Shown here piece by piece: positions 37,996 through 51,797 of a DNA stretch of 61,409 nucleotides. The position numbers were made by a program, and so were the translations under genes. Source of the DNA: Octopus bimaculoides (lineage: Eukaryota); contig NC_068996.1 in NCBI RefSeq assembly GCF_001194135.2, positions 54,140,076 to 54,201,484 on the forward strand. The letters run 5' to 3'. The notes beneath the pieces are model-generated. The model ran no database searches, was not told the origin of the DNA, and worked only from the letters and a program-made list of their open reading frames with translations. The number at the start of each line of letters is the position of its first letter. Within the stretch, counting starts at the first letter, position 1.

Positions 37996-38612
37996 TCTTC
38001 AACCAGCTGTCTCTTCTCTTACGAGAAGAGAAAGCACAAGCAAATTACACACGTAAACACCTAAACCGCTGCAAAGCAGCACAAAAATCTATTTTCACCA
38101 ACACGAAATTACAACTGGCATGCACTGATTAGATTTGGGGCTCGATACAATACCGGACAAGGATTCTGGATTATTATTTATTTTTTTTTACTTAATTTTT
38201 GAGAGCAGTCGGGCTCATTTTTAGTATTCTCGTTTGTGAGAGCAGTCGAGTTTATTTCAGATATTCTCATTTTAAAAATTATCTCTGGCTAATCGTTGAG
38301 AGGGTGTTGCCTTAGTGGAGATTCGCGCTCTCTGAGTGCTCTTGTTAATATTAAAATTGGGTGAAATAAATGTTTTTACCTCGGAAGGATAGTGTATAGG
38401 TACTTTTAGATGGATGGATTTTTTATAACGTTGAGTTAAAATATGTAATATTTGCCTTTGTAATATTTCTGCATTTTAAAATATTTGGTTGAATAAAATA
38501 ATTATAGTTTAACATATTTGAGCGATTGTTGAGTATGATAGACTGCTGCAGTAGTTTTAGCTCGAGATTAACAACAGTTCACTATATTTTGTAATATACT
38601 AGAGTTCGTTAG

Positions 38613-38821
38613 AAGGTGGCGAGCTGGCAGAGTGGTTAGCACGCCTGGCGAAATGCTTAACGGTATTTCGTCTGTCCTTACGTTCTGAGTTCAAATTCCA
38701 CCGAAATCGACTTTGCCTTTCATCTTTGCAAGGTCGATATATTAAGTACCTGTGGTGTACTGGGGTCGATGTAATCAATTTACCCTGAAATTGCTGACCT
38801 CGTGCAAAATTCGGAAACAAT
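38613..38821 (+). mobile_element. SINE family 1, tail variant b
   Basis: Full head, B-box and core. Confidence 0.9.
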
Positions 38822-40269
38822 ATATTATATTTCGTCAGATAAGAACTCATATGGAATACGAAGTACATTCTAATATAAAAGCATATATTTAACCCTCTGT
38901 TTTGTTACTCCAACGTTATAAACTACTTTGGGATGTTAATTATTTAATATCTGCTTCATACATCAACGGACGAAGATAAACTACAATACATAAGAATCTA
39001 GTATCTGTGTGTTCCGATGTACAAATATACATATGGATGTGTATTTAGGATTTAGGTAATTATGTATGCGTGTATGGCTGAACCTTTCCTCTTCTTTTTT
39101 TTTTAGGTTCTGGTCCAAATACGTTCTTTTCTTTTGTTTTAAGACAATACTCCGAGATTTCAACGAGATTTGACTGCTATATCTAGTAGTTTAAACGTTT
39201 GTGTAGAGACACCCTGGCTGGATAGTAAATAGCTTAATTTTTTCTCCATATATATCTTGATATGTGAATGTAGGGATGAGAAAGTAATTTGATTCGATGT
39301 TGAATGAGAGCAGTGAAATAGTGACAAGTGGATATATGTCGCTGCTGCAACTGCTACTACTACTGTCTAATCCCAGATTTACCTTGATTAAATAGGTCTA
39401 TAATCAAAAGCGCTCCAACCATGACAGTTCAACGTCTTTTCACATATAGTATATCTAGACCTGTATTATCTAATATGTTCTTTCTTTCTTTTTTATAATG
39501 ATAAGATTTAATTTCGGGCAGAATTTCTGTTGTTTTTGCAAGTTAAGCGAATATTTATAAAAAAGTATAATAACGTAAAAATTTAGTGTGATACATATGT
39601 AAACATTGTAGAGTCTTATTCCCTATGCAGCGCTGTTGTTTATCAACAAATACACCCTGTACTTTTTGCATGTGTGCTGCAAACTAGGGATCGCAAATCA
39701 TTCTGAGGTGACTCTAGTATACGATGCTGAAGAGCTGCAAAATACAGCGAAATATCGATATCCATCGTTCTCAATCACTTGCGGGGCGAGTTGTCTCACC
39801 TGGTTTGAGATATTCCGTGCTTTTCAGCACTCGGCGTCTTAAAGGAACATTTCTCTTGGCGCTAACCCACAGCTGAGGAGCGCATAAACAAAACACATAC
39901 AGTATGTAGTGTCGATAATATTTATATCTATATATAATATTATATACACATTTCTACTGAAACTTTGATTCTATGTTCAAGAATTGAATTTGTACAGAAT
40001 ATATCTGTTTATTTACTACCTTGACTTGTTTTTTTCATTCAGCTTGTGCTATTTTTTATGTGTTTATATGTTTAAGGCTCTATATTTTAATTTCTTTCAT
40101 TTCGCAGAGGCCTTTTCCAAACTATTGCACGAAAAAAATATTCTCATTATATCTACAAATTATTAATTCTTATCACTTATACACGCATGCGTGTGTATGT
40201 GCAAGTGTGCGATTTTGCTTTATCTTTTCTTTTAGCAATTTTTTTTTTGTATTTTCGTGTAACTTCCAT

Positions 40270-41230
40270 GCACTTTGGTGCGGTAAAGTTCCTAAATCCA
40301 TTAAAATATGTATATAGTATGCGGTCATTCAAAATGTTCATAGACATAAGATTTCGCAGAGGTATGTGGACGAAAAAATCCGTCATAATAGTTATGCCGT
40401 AAGACATTGTGGAATCTAATGAATGACATAGAAACAAATTCGTACTAATATTTAACATCTAGAACATCTTGACTCAAATACAAAGCAATGAAATTACATC
40501 ATTTCTGTGTGTAAATATTCAGGTAGGAAGAAAATACCAGATACATATCCTTTTACACCGAATACACAAGTATGCAATGTACATATGCACATTGTGATAG
40601 TGAATCTCAACACATACGAAATGTTAGTGGTAACACAGGTATTTTACCACTTAGAAGAGCTTTTCATTTCTTCTCCACAATCAATGAACTAGGTAAAGAT
40701 ATCCACAGAATAGATTAAACTCTTGTCAGCAACGGGTTTTCTAACAAACTAATAGAAAGAACAAACATAAAACAATATTGACACCGATGCAATGCTACAA
40801 ATACATCAGACACTGAGCCTATTAAAAATACATAAACCACACATAAAGTATATTATATAAATCAAAGATATTATTAAAAACCTCATAAAATAGAACAAAA
40901 ACTGGATTACACAAAGCCATGAACCAACACTAATAGTATATTACAAAAAAAGCGTTAATATTAAAAGAAGCATTCTTGTTAATAACAAACCAGAAGAATA
41001 GAAACCCACAAACAATCTGCTAATAACAATGTGATTCATGAATTCGATTGCAAACGTGGAAGTTGTAAACCTCGTGACTACAAGTATTATACTTGCCATT
41101 CGAGTGTGGCTCGCTCCCGCTGGCTCATCATGCACTTACAACAAGGATAAAATACGCTACACTATGCAACGCCAAAGGAAATTAAACAGAAAAACATTGA
41201 CAACACATGTATACATTCTATATAAAAAAA
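40270..41230 (+). mobile_element. Degenerate Penelope-like element (RT + GIY-YIG)
   Basis: RYVDE at ~40358, NEITSFLCVNI, LRRAF, TLVSNGFSN, NNVIHEFDC..C, R..MHLQQG across frameshifts. Confidence 0.65.
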
Positions 41231-41305
41231 AAAACACTTGGCTGACTGATGACGTAGAAATTTAAGGGTCAGACTTCAAATTTCAGTGCAGGCGTGAATG
41301 CCACT

Positions 41306-41640
41306 GCTTGGCACCTTGGGCAAATGTCTTTTACTATAGCCTGGAGCCGACCAAAGCCTTGTGAGCTGATTTGGTACACGGAAACTGGAAGACGCCTGTT
41401 GCATATTTATGTGTGTGTGTGTGTTTCTGTCTGTTTTTCCCCCACCACCGCTTGACAATCGCTGTTGGTGTGTTTTATGTCCACGTAACTTAACAGTTCG
41501 GCAAAAAAAGGATAAAAATAAGTACCAGGCTTTAAAAATTAAGCACTGGGGCCAATTCATTCGACTAAAAATTCTTCAAGGCATTGCCCCAGTATGGTCG
41601 TAGTTTAATGACTGAAACAAGTAAAAGATAAAAAATAAAA
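41306..41640 (+). mobile_element. SINE family 2, 5'-truncated, with internal (TG)n and an aaagat-like tail
   Basis: gcaccttgggcaaatgtcttttactatagcc..taatgactgaaacaagtaaaagataaaa. Confidence 0.85.
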
Positions 41641-41771
41641 GAAATATAAAAACTGCAAAGAACTTCTATACGAAAATACAAATTTCGAGAGAATGCTAAA
41701 AGCAAAGCTCTACACTCCACACACACACATACACACACATACACATACACACACACACATACACACACACA

Positions 41772-41808
<37 letters not shown>

Positions 41809-41970
41809 AGTAAAAATAAATACAAAAAAGGTGGGGTTTTTTGTATTTTAAACTAAATAATNNNNNNNNNNNNNNNNNNNNNNNNNNNNNNNNNNNNNNN
41901 NNNNNNNNNNNNNNNNNNNNNNNNNNNNNNNNNNNNNNNNNNNNNNNNNNNNNNNNNNNNNNNNNNNCTA

Positions 41971-42032
<62 letters not shown>

Positions 42033-42045
42033 ATGTATGTATACA

Positions 42046-42500
42046 TGGGTACAGGACGTCACTAACTCTGTAAACAACATGAAGTACGAAAACAAACGAG
42101 TTAAATACGCAAACAACGAGAGAAACAAATGGAAAACAGGGCGAGTAACACAAAAAACGACCCTTCATCAGTTGTCGGCTGTCTATCTACTCCTCATTTC
42201 AAGCATTCAACAACAATTGGAGTCTCTTCATAAATACTAAAATACAACTTGGCATTTATGGAGCATCAAAGTTGGGAAGAAAAATATGACAGTGGAGACA
42301 TACAAGGAAACCGAACGAAAACAAACATGGAGGGTCGTTGGACCAGAACGAGAGGGAAATAGTGAACCCTGGAAGGAATATTTTCTTTGTAAAGAGAAAA
42401 GACAGAGGAGAGAGATAGAAGACCTTAGAACGTCAGGCAGGTAAAGAAAGATGGTCACGTGAGGACAAGAAAGATGGATGATGGTCACGTGTGGGCAACG
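42046..42500 (-). mobile_element. Probable Penelope pLTR-like fragment next to (TA)n/(TG)n
   Basis: CTGATGAAGGG at 42171-42161 on the - strand; terminus and purine bias resemble the 16812 pLTR end. Confidence 0.45.
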
Positions 42501-42945
42501 AAAGAGAAAAAAGAAAGAGGGGAGGTCTAGTGACTGGTCAAATCGAGATGACTAGTTTCACGTGAAACTGCTGGTTTTACATCAAAGTCTCTCTCCTAGA
42601 AGGATGCTGCGACAACCGCTACGTGTCCCTCACACCTGTGAGTCTTACTGCACGCCCTGACACCAACCAAGGGTATTTCTGCATCTCCACTCTCAGCTGG
42701 ATTGTCATCACATACTAGTCGACCTATAGCTGGGATCCTGGCAGAAGCTACTACTCCGGGTCAAATGAGACCTTGGAATAATAGTAGCTAAGCGGTGGTT
42801 CCACACTCCTCAAAACCATGGAACTCCCGTACCAGGACCCCGCTACCGAATGCAATCTAAAGTCATATGTGTGTGTGTATTTACATACATACACAGACAC
42901 ATATACGTACAAACATGTAATATTGTGAGTGCGTATGTATATGGG

Positions 42946-42979
<34 letters not shown>

Positions 42980-45900
42980 CGCACATCTAATTTTTTTATG
43001 TTTAGGGTGATCTATTTATAGATAAACTGTTAACTAACTACCGTAAACGTTCAAAAAAACAAGTATTTTATGTACGAAGAAAATATATTTTGTACTAAAA
43101 TGAAGATTGAGGATCACAATCAGCTACCGATAAAAGCTGTTGTTACTATTTAAAACGAAACAATTAAAATACACACGACCTTGAGGGCAAGCTTAGAAAT
43201 CTACAAATATCATGTCAATTTAAACATGGAAAAATAAATAAACAATAGAGTTCAATTAATATTGTGCTGCAGATTTTTTTTTTATATATAAATACATTAT
43301 TTAACATAAACAGTAAATATTCATAAATACATGTGTACATTTTAATCATTCATCTTCAAGAGAATTTTGCGAAATAATTCTGTAAACAGTTTTAGTCAAT
43401 TAGGGTTTAATTTTACTATACTGATATGCAATCCACCATAATACTTGGCTTTGTTCTCATAAATGTAAATGTTAAAAAGACACTCGCGAAAATCTTATGC
43501 AAACTAGGACCTTTATCAAGGTGAATACAGTAAAACAATACTTTATATTCGTTTATAAGTAGCCTGTGAGTAATCATATAAGTGAAACAGTATGATAATA
43601 GGATTAATATCTTAAAATATTTGTAGCTTCTGTTAATTTTACCTTGACCGTGATCCAGAAACTAAAATTTACACATATTATTGATATAAGCAGATTAATT
43701 CTGATTTAGAGTTGAATTGCGTTCAGATTTAATTGCTGGTTTATAAGAACTCTGCATTTAATTGTGGGAATAAGTTATGAGCCTTTATCAACATTTTAGT
43801 GCAGTTTGGGCATTTGTCCACGGATAACATAAATTAATACTGGAAATCATTTGATTAGAACTCGACTATTCATTTTACAAAATTACTTTATTCTAAAATT
43901 CAAGATATTTTTTTCCGAGTTAACATTTTTGTAATTATGTTTTATTACGTTTGTATGACCTTGATGAGCAGCAGACTCACTCTCAAGGTCGTAACTATAT
44001 ACCTGTTTTACTTTGAATTGTTCTAATCTAATGAACAAGTCAAGGTCAACCTTGCTCAAATTCGATCCAGCCGTAATCAACCCATCTTTATATATTTTAG
44101 AAACAGTATATCTAGAAATGTATTATTCAATTTATTCTTTCTTTCTACTTTTTAATATGCTGGTGTGTGATTTGATAGAGTTAAAACCGTATTTTAACAC
44201 GTCTAGTGACCATGTAAAGGCTCCTTCTAGAGGCTAATTGAATAGTTGTTCTGTTGTAACTGTGCTGCGTCCCTCTACGTCCTACAAATCACCAAATCTT
44301 GAAGGATAACTATCCTATCAAACTAACGACAAAATATTGTTATTTTTAATATGCCAACATTCTAATCTAATGCTACAAAAACTAGAAAGTAGCTATTCTC
44401 TATGATGTGTAAATATTTCGAATAAAATATTAATCCTAATTTTGTAAGTGATCATTTCACAAACGGATTCGATTTGTATGGTTTTCCTATTTCATACGCA
44501 ATAGCTTACTATTATGCCATGTATTTTTGAAGAAATATCAGTAAATCTTTATTATCGAATGTCACACTAAAACTGCTTTTTTTTCCCTTTGCATACATTG
44601 GTGAGAGGGGTGGATTGGTAAAAACGTTAGAGAGTTCGATGGAATGCTTTGTAGTGTTTGGTAATGATCTTTTACATTTTAAGCTTAAAACCTACCAGTT
44701 TCAACCAGCACTTTCCTCCTTCAAAGAACGACGAAGGTACTACAAAAAAGTACTGGTGTTTGATATAAGCTCTTATAATATTCGAAGGTGATGTCCAGGA
44801 ACGATCGTTACTCAGACGTTGAAACCAGTAAAAGAATAAAAGCAAAACAATTCAGAAAGTAGAATACGTTAATTTGATGTAAGAAAGAGTAGGGCTTTGA
44901 TGTCAGATCTCTTTTCGCATGACTCATGTCAGTGGAGAAACAAACTCACACCATTTTCCAAATTTTTTGTACTTAGTATTAGCCGACACCGACCACTAGC
45001 TCTCGGATACTACTTCAAAGGACCCGATTCACTCATTTATAATATTTACCATAACCATAAAATTAGTTACAGCAATTTATTAGAACGTTTTCAGTTAAGT
45101 ATATTCTCTGCCTTGCAAATATTTATTTAACCTAACAAAACAAAAATGATATAAGCAACTAGGGAAGGAGCGCTACCTGAAACTAATTCACTTATGCCGT
45201 GTTTGTTCGTATTTAGATAAATAGCTTTGCGATTTGACAGCATTTTGATAATGTCTTCCTTCCCTTCCTTTCCAAAATCAATCTGAAAACTTGCCCCAGT
45301 GTTAGAAATTGATTTGTACTAGTTAGAGCGATTAAGATGGCTAAGACAGTTGAGCTCTATAATGACGACTTCACTATATGAGTTCATCAACATACTGCTT
45401 TTATTTCAAATCTTGTTGGTTTGAGATTATTTCACTAATATATAGTTATGTAGTCCTCTGTCAACTCTTCTTAAGCAGGAGTCAGTGAGCAAAATCGTTT
45501 TAGCTATGTTTATTATGTTGTTCTGAGATATTCAGGACTGCAGTAGCAAATTTGTCCTTATTTCATTTCCTAAGAGTACTGATAAGTTTAAATGATTTTT
45601 CATCTTTAGAAAAATATTTGACATCAAATAACAAAACTATATCTATATGAGCGAAAAAGTGGCCTCGTTAGTAAAGAGAAACCCGAAAACATTTTTTTTT
45701 ATTTTGCTGGTTCTGGCGGGGTACAAAATGCGGAACGTACCCACAACAGAATATGGGTATTTTCAGTTAAATGTTCTTTTTCTTCGTGTGCACCCCTAAA
45801 AATAGAGTTTTGCCACATCATAAACAAGCAACGTAAGATTTAAAAGAACTTGGTAAGACTATAAATAAGATAAATATACTTAATACTAACATATTTCGTG

Positions 45901-46405
45901 CCAGATAGAGTAACTAAAAAAGAAATTCATAAATCAGATTACCTACAAGAACGTCGAACAAACTTCCAGCGTTACAATGCATAACTGTGTTCTATGATCT
46001 TGAATATCATCTGCAGACGTTGAAAGTCTGTGTTCCTAATCTTTGGTTTAGCAAAATAAACACCAAAGAGCACTTAATACGCAGGATCGAGACCACTGAT
46101 GGCATCATACGCATTCATACACATGTTGTTAAAATCATCCTTGATCGGGGAGACTTATGATGAAAGCCGTTTAACCATTCCGTCATAAAAAAAAATAACG
46201 AAATGAATTAAAGACTACATTATCCAAATGGGTCCTTCCTTTTGCGAAATAGTACGTATTATTTGCGATAAATTTACTTCCTGTTTCTTACAAATTGAGT
46301 GATCAAAGAAAGATTCCTTTGTTAAATATAATTGTTGTCATACGTTCTATCGTTAAATAGATTATTAGTATCCCTAGACTAATGAGCCCAATTTGTTCAG
46401 GCCTC

Positions 46406-46417
46406 AACAAAAGGCAC

Positions 46418-46501
<84 letters not shown>
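46406..46501. repeat. (CA)n microsatellite
   Basis: Direct reading. Confidence 0.95.
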
Positions 46502-46504
<3 letters not shown>

Positions 46505-47097
46505 CTAAATGTCAACATGTCATTACTTTCAGTTTCCTTGAACAATAGGAAAACGTGATGGAATTCATGTATACGTATATATGTAAGTATACACACACAG
46601 TCATACACACGCAAGGGCGCACGCGCGTGCACACACACATACATGCGCACATGCACAAATGTGTACAGATGCACGTGCATTCATCCCATATATTAGTTTC
46701 TTCAGACTTTAACACAACTGATTGTTCAAGGAAATTGAGAGAAATGACATTGTGACATTTAGAATTCCAGATTCTTTAACGATTATATATATTACATTAG
46801 AAGCTATACCATATTCAGTTACCACACACAGACGCACATGCTACATACTACACATACACGCATATATGCATTAATATACTCGTGTGTGTGTGTGTGTGTG
46901 TGTGTGCGTACGTGCGCGCGTGCGTGTGTGTGTCTTGCGATCTTCTTGAGGAATATGTAATGATAAAAATCTGTTGGGGGGTAACAGAAATATCCACTGT
47001 CGAACAGAAAGTCCTCGGTGCCCATTGTATATAGAGTGAAAGGGATTTTTACTAGATAAAATCGACTTTTACACTTGATCATGCAATTTCACGTATG

Positions 47098-47138
<41 letters not shown>

Positions 47139-47579
47139 AAGTCTCTCCAGAGTTGCTTCTCTTCGGTATTTCCCATTGATAATGGCTAAAGAGCTAGAAA
47201 GGCATCTGGGAATACGACAGGGCGCAGCACTGGACATATATATATATGGTGTTTTTACACCTTTTTACCATAAGAAAGAATTTTTGTATCCATTGTGATT
47301 GCTGTGTATTTGCCATTAGAAGTTGAAATATGTCACAAACGTATTTTAACTAACATAAAGTTCTCTTATATCTAAACCCTGATTGACGCTCATATTACAA
47401 TAATGTGTGTTTCTGTGTGTGTGTGCGTACGTATGTGTGTGTATGTGTGTGTGTGTGTGTGTGTATGTGCGTGCGTGCATGCATGTATGTATGTGTATAT
47501 ATATAAGGCATTTATTATATAATATATATATATATATGCATGTGTAAGTGGGCGTGTGTGTGTGTATGTGTGTGTATGC

Positions 47580-47619
<40 letters not shown>

Positions 47620-48719
47620 TATATATATTTATATATATGAATATGTGTGCGTGGGCGTGTGTGTATGCGTGTGGCGTGTGTGTACGCGTGCGTGTTTATT
47701 GCCGAGTGCAATGTTTTATTGAGGAGGTTTAATAATATTAATAATACCGAAACATGTCCATTGCTTTCATCAAACTGCTTTCGTGACAAAATCCACAATA
47801 ATGTACGTTGTCTAGGAGTGCTTTTGTATTAATTACGTTGTGAGTCTGAGTTCGTAGGCGTTTTCGCCTCTGTCTATGGAGGTTTTTAACTGTCGACATA
47901 ATAATTTACCAGTACTCTGATGATCGGGAAGGGGCAACGCATGAACGTAAACAATAAATGCAGTGACCCAGATTTCTGTATAATTCTAACTATTGGCAGG
48001 TGCCAGTGTATTTTTAGGAAGCGTCCGTGTTCCTAAGCCATATTGCAATAATGAAGAAACAGTCTGTCTTCGTGACATGGTTTTATATGACAACCCCCAC
48101 CACTACCACCACCACCCTGGCCTCCCTAGATTGTTAAGATGACTGTGCCACGGGAAAGCAATTTCAAATATTCAAACAGAAAAAGAGTCCTCCAATATCT
48201 AGGATATTGAGAATGGTATGAAGCGCAGTTGTTGTAGAGTATTGTGTTTCATTAGAAGTGGGATTCCCTGTGATGGTAGTTCATTCCATTATGTACTCCT
48301 TCGTTGGCATTGGACAAATAAAAGATAGAAAGAGAGTAGTTTGAGAAATAGAGAGAGAAGCAGAAAAGGCTTCATTAGAGACATGACAGAGGCACATGAG
48401 AAACGTATCCTCAACAAGATGATACTTGTTTGATGTGGTTTTAACAAAACCCGCCTTTGTAGTGTAGCGTCTGCGAGGATAATAAAAGGAAATAAGAACG
48501 CGCTTCATTGTGGTCTTAAAAGAACCCGAACATGTCTAGTGCCCTGCGTCACTAGAGGGAACGATACTCTCACAATGTGCAGAAATCGTAGTGATTTTCA
48601 GTCGAAAACTAATGAAGGGAATGTCCCATAGTGCAAGCTGCATTTCAAGTTTATGTGTGTGTGTGTGTGTATGCGCTCACGCGTGCGACTGTCAATACTT
48701 ACACATACAAAAGAACACA

Positions 48720-48720
<1 letters not shown>

Positions 48721-48794
<74 letters not shown>

Positions 48795-48925
48795 GTATGT
48801 GTATACTTACATATATATATGCATATTTATATGTATATGTGTGTATGTATACATATATGTATGTGTGTGTATGTATGTACGTATATATGTGTGTTTGCGC
48901 GCACACACACATATATATATATCCT
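48721..48925. repeat. (TA)n with degenerate TA/TG low complexity
   Basis: Direct reading. Confidence 0.9.
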
Positions 48926-49470
48926 AGACCTCTGTCTATTCATAACCAAGAGAAATTCTAAATGACGGTATCTTGTCTGTAGCTTTTTTTTTAATTACCA
49001 AACTAGGATAATTCTTTAGAACATACTCTGTGAATAATTGATGTTTGTTTTTTAGCCACTCATTAGCTGCTGTTAAACTATCTATGAAAAGTGATTGTGT
49101 TGCCAACATCTGACAGTCTCTACTTCAATGCACGAAATCTTCAGGTAGGGCATCCTAATTATTTTCCCATACAGATTTCATGAAGTTGTCTCGTCTTGTA
49201 GTTTATATCATTCATCTCTCTGGCTAATTATTTCGCTAATATTACCCTGTGACTCGTTTATTAGACTTTACGTATTCATATATAGTTATACAGACACTTA
49301 TAGACGTACAAACACAAACTTACAGACACATTCAACTATACACACATAATATGCACTAACATTTTACTTACTCTCTCTCTCTCTCTCTCTACTCAAAGAC
49401 ATATGCTGTGTTGTAATGTATATGTTTCTGTGTATGTGCTAGAATCTATTTTCTGAATCAACAACTCCTG

Positions 49471-49520
<50 letters not shown>

Positions 49521-49914
49521 TCTCTCTTGTTTTGCTGTTTTTCTCTCATTTATATTTATATATTTACTTTTGTCCATTCAGAAACGGTAGCGAAGCTTTA
49601 GAAACACAATTCTAGTGTTTCTGTCACAGTCCGTAACTCTTGGTCATAGTAAGATCCAAACTCAGCACTACAGACGAATGTCAGTTTTAGTGCTCAAGAC
49701 TGGGAGTGGGCGTAGATTGCCCCCAAGTAATAACTGTTACTGCTGGTCAGTCATATTAGTGTTAGATATGTTAATGTCAGTACTTGTTCGTAAAAATGTT
49801 TGTTAGAAGCGTCTGAGGGTTAAAATTCAAGTCAATGTGAAACACTTCCTTCTCATACTCAATAAATCAGCATCTGAAATGAAAATTTACAATAAATACC
49901 TATTTTATTGATTT

Positions 49915-50099
49915 CAAATTTAGATACAAGCCAGCAATCTTGGGCGAGGGTGAGTCGATTACATGGACCCCAATATTCAACTGGTACTTAATTTATCGAC
50001 TCCGAAAGGACGAAAGACAAAGTCGACCATCGTGAAATTTGAACTCAAAACGTGCTGACGGACGAAATGCCGCTAAACATTCCACCAGCTCACCGCCTT
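49915..50099 (-). mobile_element. SINE family 1, tail variant b
   Basis: Reverse complement of head, B-box and core. Confidence 0.8.
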
Positions 50100-51361
50100 A
50101 TTGACTGGTTATATTGACATCACCTTATTCAAGATTATCTGCGTTGTTCAAAAAATACGTTCATGTTTTCTGCCTTTAACATGTTTACATGTAAGTTGTT
50201 GTTTCGCCTAAGATTAGTTTTAATCGAGCAAAACTGTGCACAACAGAATTTGTGACCAGACAATTTTATGTCTTATGGCATTGTATGTCTACGACTACAT
50301 TATCTTGGATGCTCTGATTCTTTCTCTTTCTAATACAGTAAAGTGTGGTTTAAAGAAGATTTGATTCTCATTTGTAGCAAGTCAAAATATCACATAATGA
50401 CCCCTTGTAAGTGTCTCTCAATGGTAAAACATACATATTCTATGTAACCTTAATAGACATTTGAAACATGGTTTCATATTGAAAGCTGTATGCCATAATC
50501 ACGTATTTAAGAATAATTCTGTTTGATGTCTAAGTGAAGAAAAGAAAATTGAAGTATGTGTTTTCCTTACTAGACAAGCCCATTTATCTCCTAAGATATA
50601 AATACACTTTATGTCAATTTAATTAAAAATATTGTTTTAATCTTTAGAATTATGCATATCACACTGCTTAAGACACATAAGGTTAAGAGATTTCTCTCGT
50701 AATATTGGAAATTAAAATTCTGTCAATATATACAAATAAAAGTTATGTTCAATTGTATACCTTCATATCTAATTCCATTACAGAATAGGAAAAAATCTGA
50801 CTCACTTCAAAAAGTGCTTTTCTATATATGTGGTTAGTATAGCCAACGATACCTGAATATCAGCACTGTTTTATAAGTAAAAATATTAAAAAGAAATCGT
50901 GATGTATGTGTGTGTGTGTAAACTTATTCATAATACATTTATTTTCTCGTAAAGCTGTAATTATTTTTCGAATACCTCATATTGAATATTTTGCTTACAA
51001 CGTAATTGATTTAAGTTTTGTATAATCCTTAATGCATTCAATGTATTGAAACAACTAGCTAATAAGTCAAATTCTGAAAAGGTAAAAAAAAGATTTCGTT
51101 TTGTTCAATAATCATTAACAAAATCTGGATTATCCAAGATTCGGTAATTTCTGAGATCACACTCAATACTGAAGTTAGGAATCTATCAAAACAAAGAAAA
51201 AAAAACGTTTCTTGACTTTTTTTTGTGATTGGATATGTTGGCCGGAAGAAATTTTGGTAGTTTTGTATAAGGGTAACAGGCGCTGTAAAGTGTAAAGGTA
51301 AACTGCGTTGGAGTAGAGACTGTAAAGCGTTTTGATTATTGGTTTCTCTTCACTTCTGCAG

Positions 51362-51444
51362 GAAATGCTCCTCGAATTCTATTGAAAATCCCAACATTCC
51401 GTTTCCCTCCACTTTGCATCAGAAATACTTTACCCATGCAAGAA
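51362..51444 (+). CDS. Candidate 83-nt exon (GNAPRILLKIPTFRFPPLCIRNTLPMQE or the alternative open frame)
   Basis: tttctcttcacttctgcag acceptor and GAA|gtaagc donor; no homology recognised. Confidence 0.3.
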
Positions 51445-51735
51445 GTAAGCGCAGAGTAATTCTTAGGGATCTTAAGTTTTCTTACATTTCTCTTTTAATC
51501 TTGCTCTGCTTCTTTACTCAGTGATCTTTCACCGTCAATACTTTCTACTTCTTCCATCCAATATTATTATCAATCACTGTACGCTAAAACAACAACTGCT
51601 CCATTAATCTACTTTCTTCAATATTGCTGCTGAAAAAGAATTACTCTTTGTGAAGGTAAAAAACACATGTTCTGATATTACTTTCATACACAAGCTTACT
51701 GCTGATGCTGGGATTGTTATTGCGAAAACTACTGA

Positions 51736-51797
<62 letters not shown>

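Larger units (their letters stand above)
36079..38113 (-). mobile_element. ~2.0 kb poly(A)-tailed ORF1-type retroelement lacking RT and endonuclease (HAL1-like, Tx1-related)
   Basis: - strand ends ggtaataaaaaaaaaa (T10 at 36078-36087 on +); ~118-nt 5' leader before the ATG at 37995; 33-bp imperfect flanking duplication 36046-36078 / 38114-38146. Confidence 0.75.
35908..38346 (+). mobile_element. Helentron-associated non-autonomous element (HINE/DINE-1-like), split into 35908-36078 and 38114-38346 by a retroelement
   Basis: 5' ttattacctctgcc..ggtggaggta hairpin, internal (GTTT)n, 3' subterminal gccttagtggag, 3' hairpin gcgctc-tct-gagtgc and terminal tcttgtt. Confidence 0.75.

Noticed and set aside
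39640-39890. GC-richer patch with - strand splice-like signals
   Set aside because: No recognisable protein and no supporting neighbouring exons; left unassigned
41850-41980. ctaaataat repeated on both sides of an N gap
   Set aside because: Probably overlapping contig ends (assembly artefact), not a TSD
44885-45060. FDVRSLF motif suggesting a Penelope RT fragment
   Set aside because: Single short motif with too little downstream support to call
50339-50406. AG..GTAAGT-bounded exon candidate
   Set aside because: Overlaps a short dispersed repeat also seen at ~22750, ~39160 and ~44170, and would create a TGA if joined to 51362
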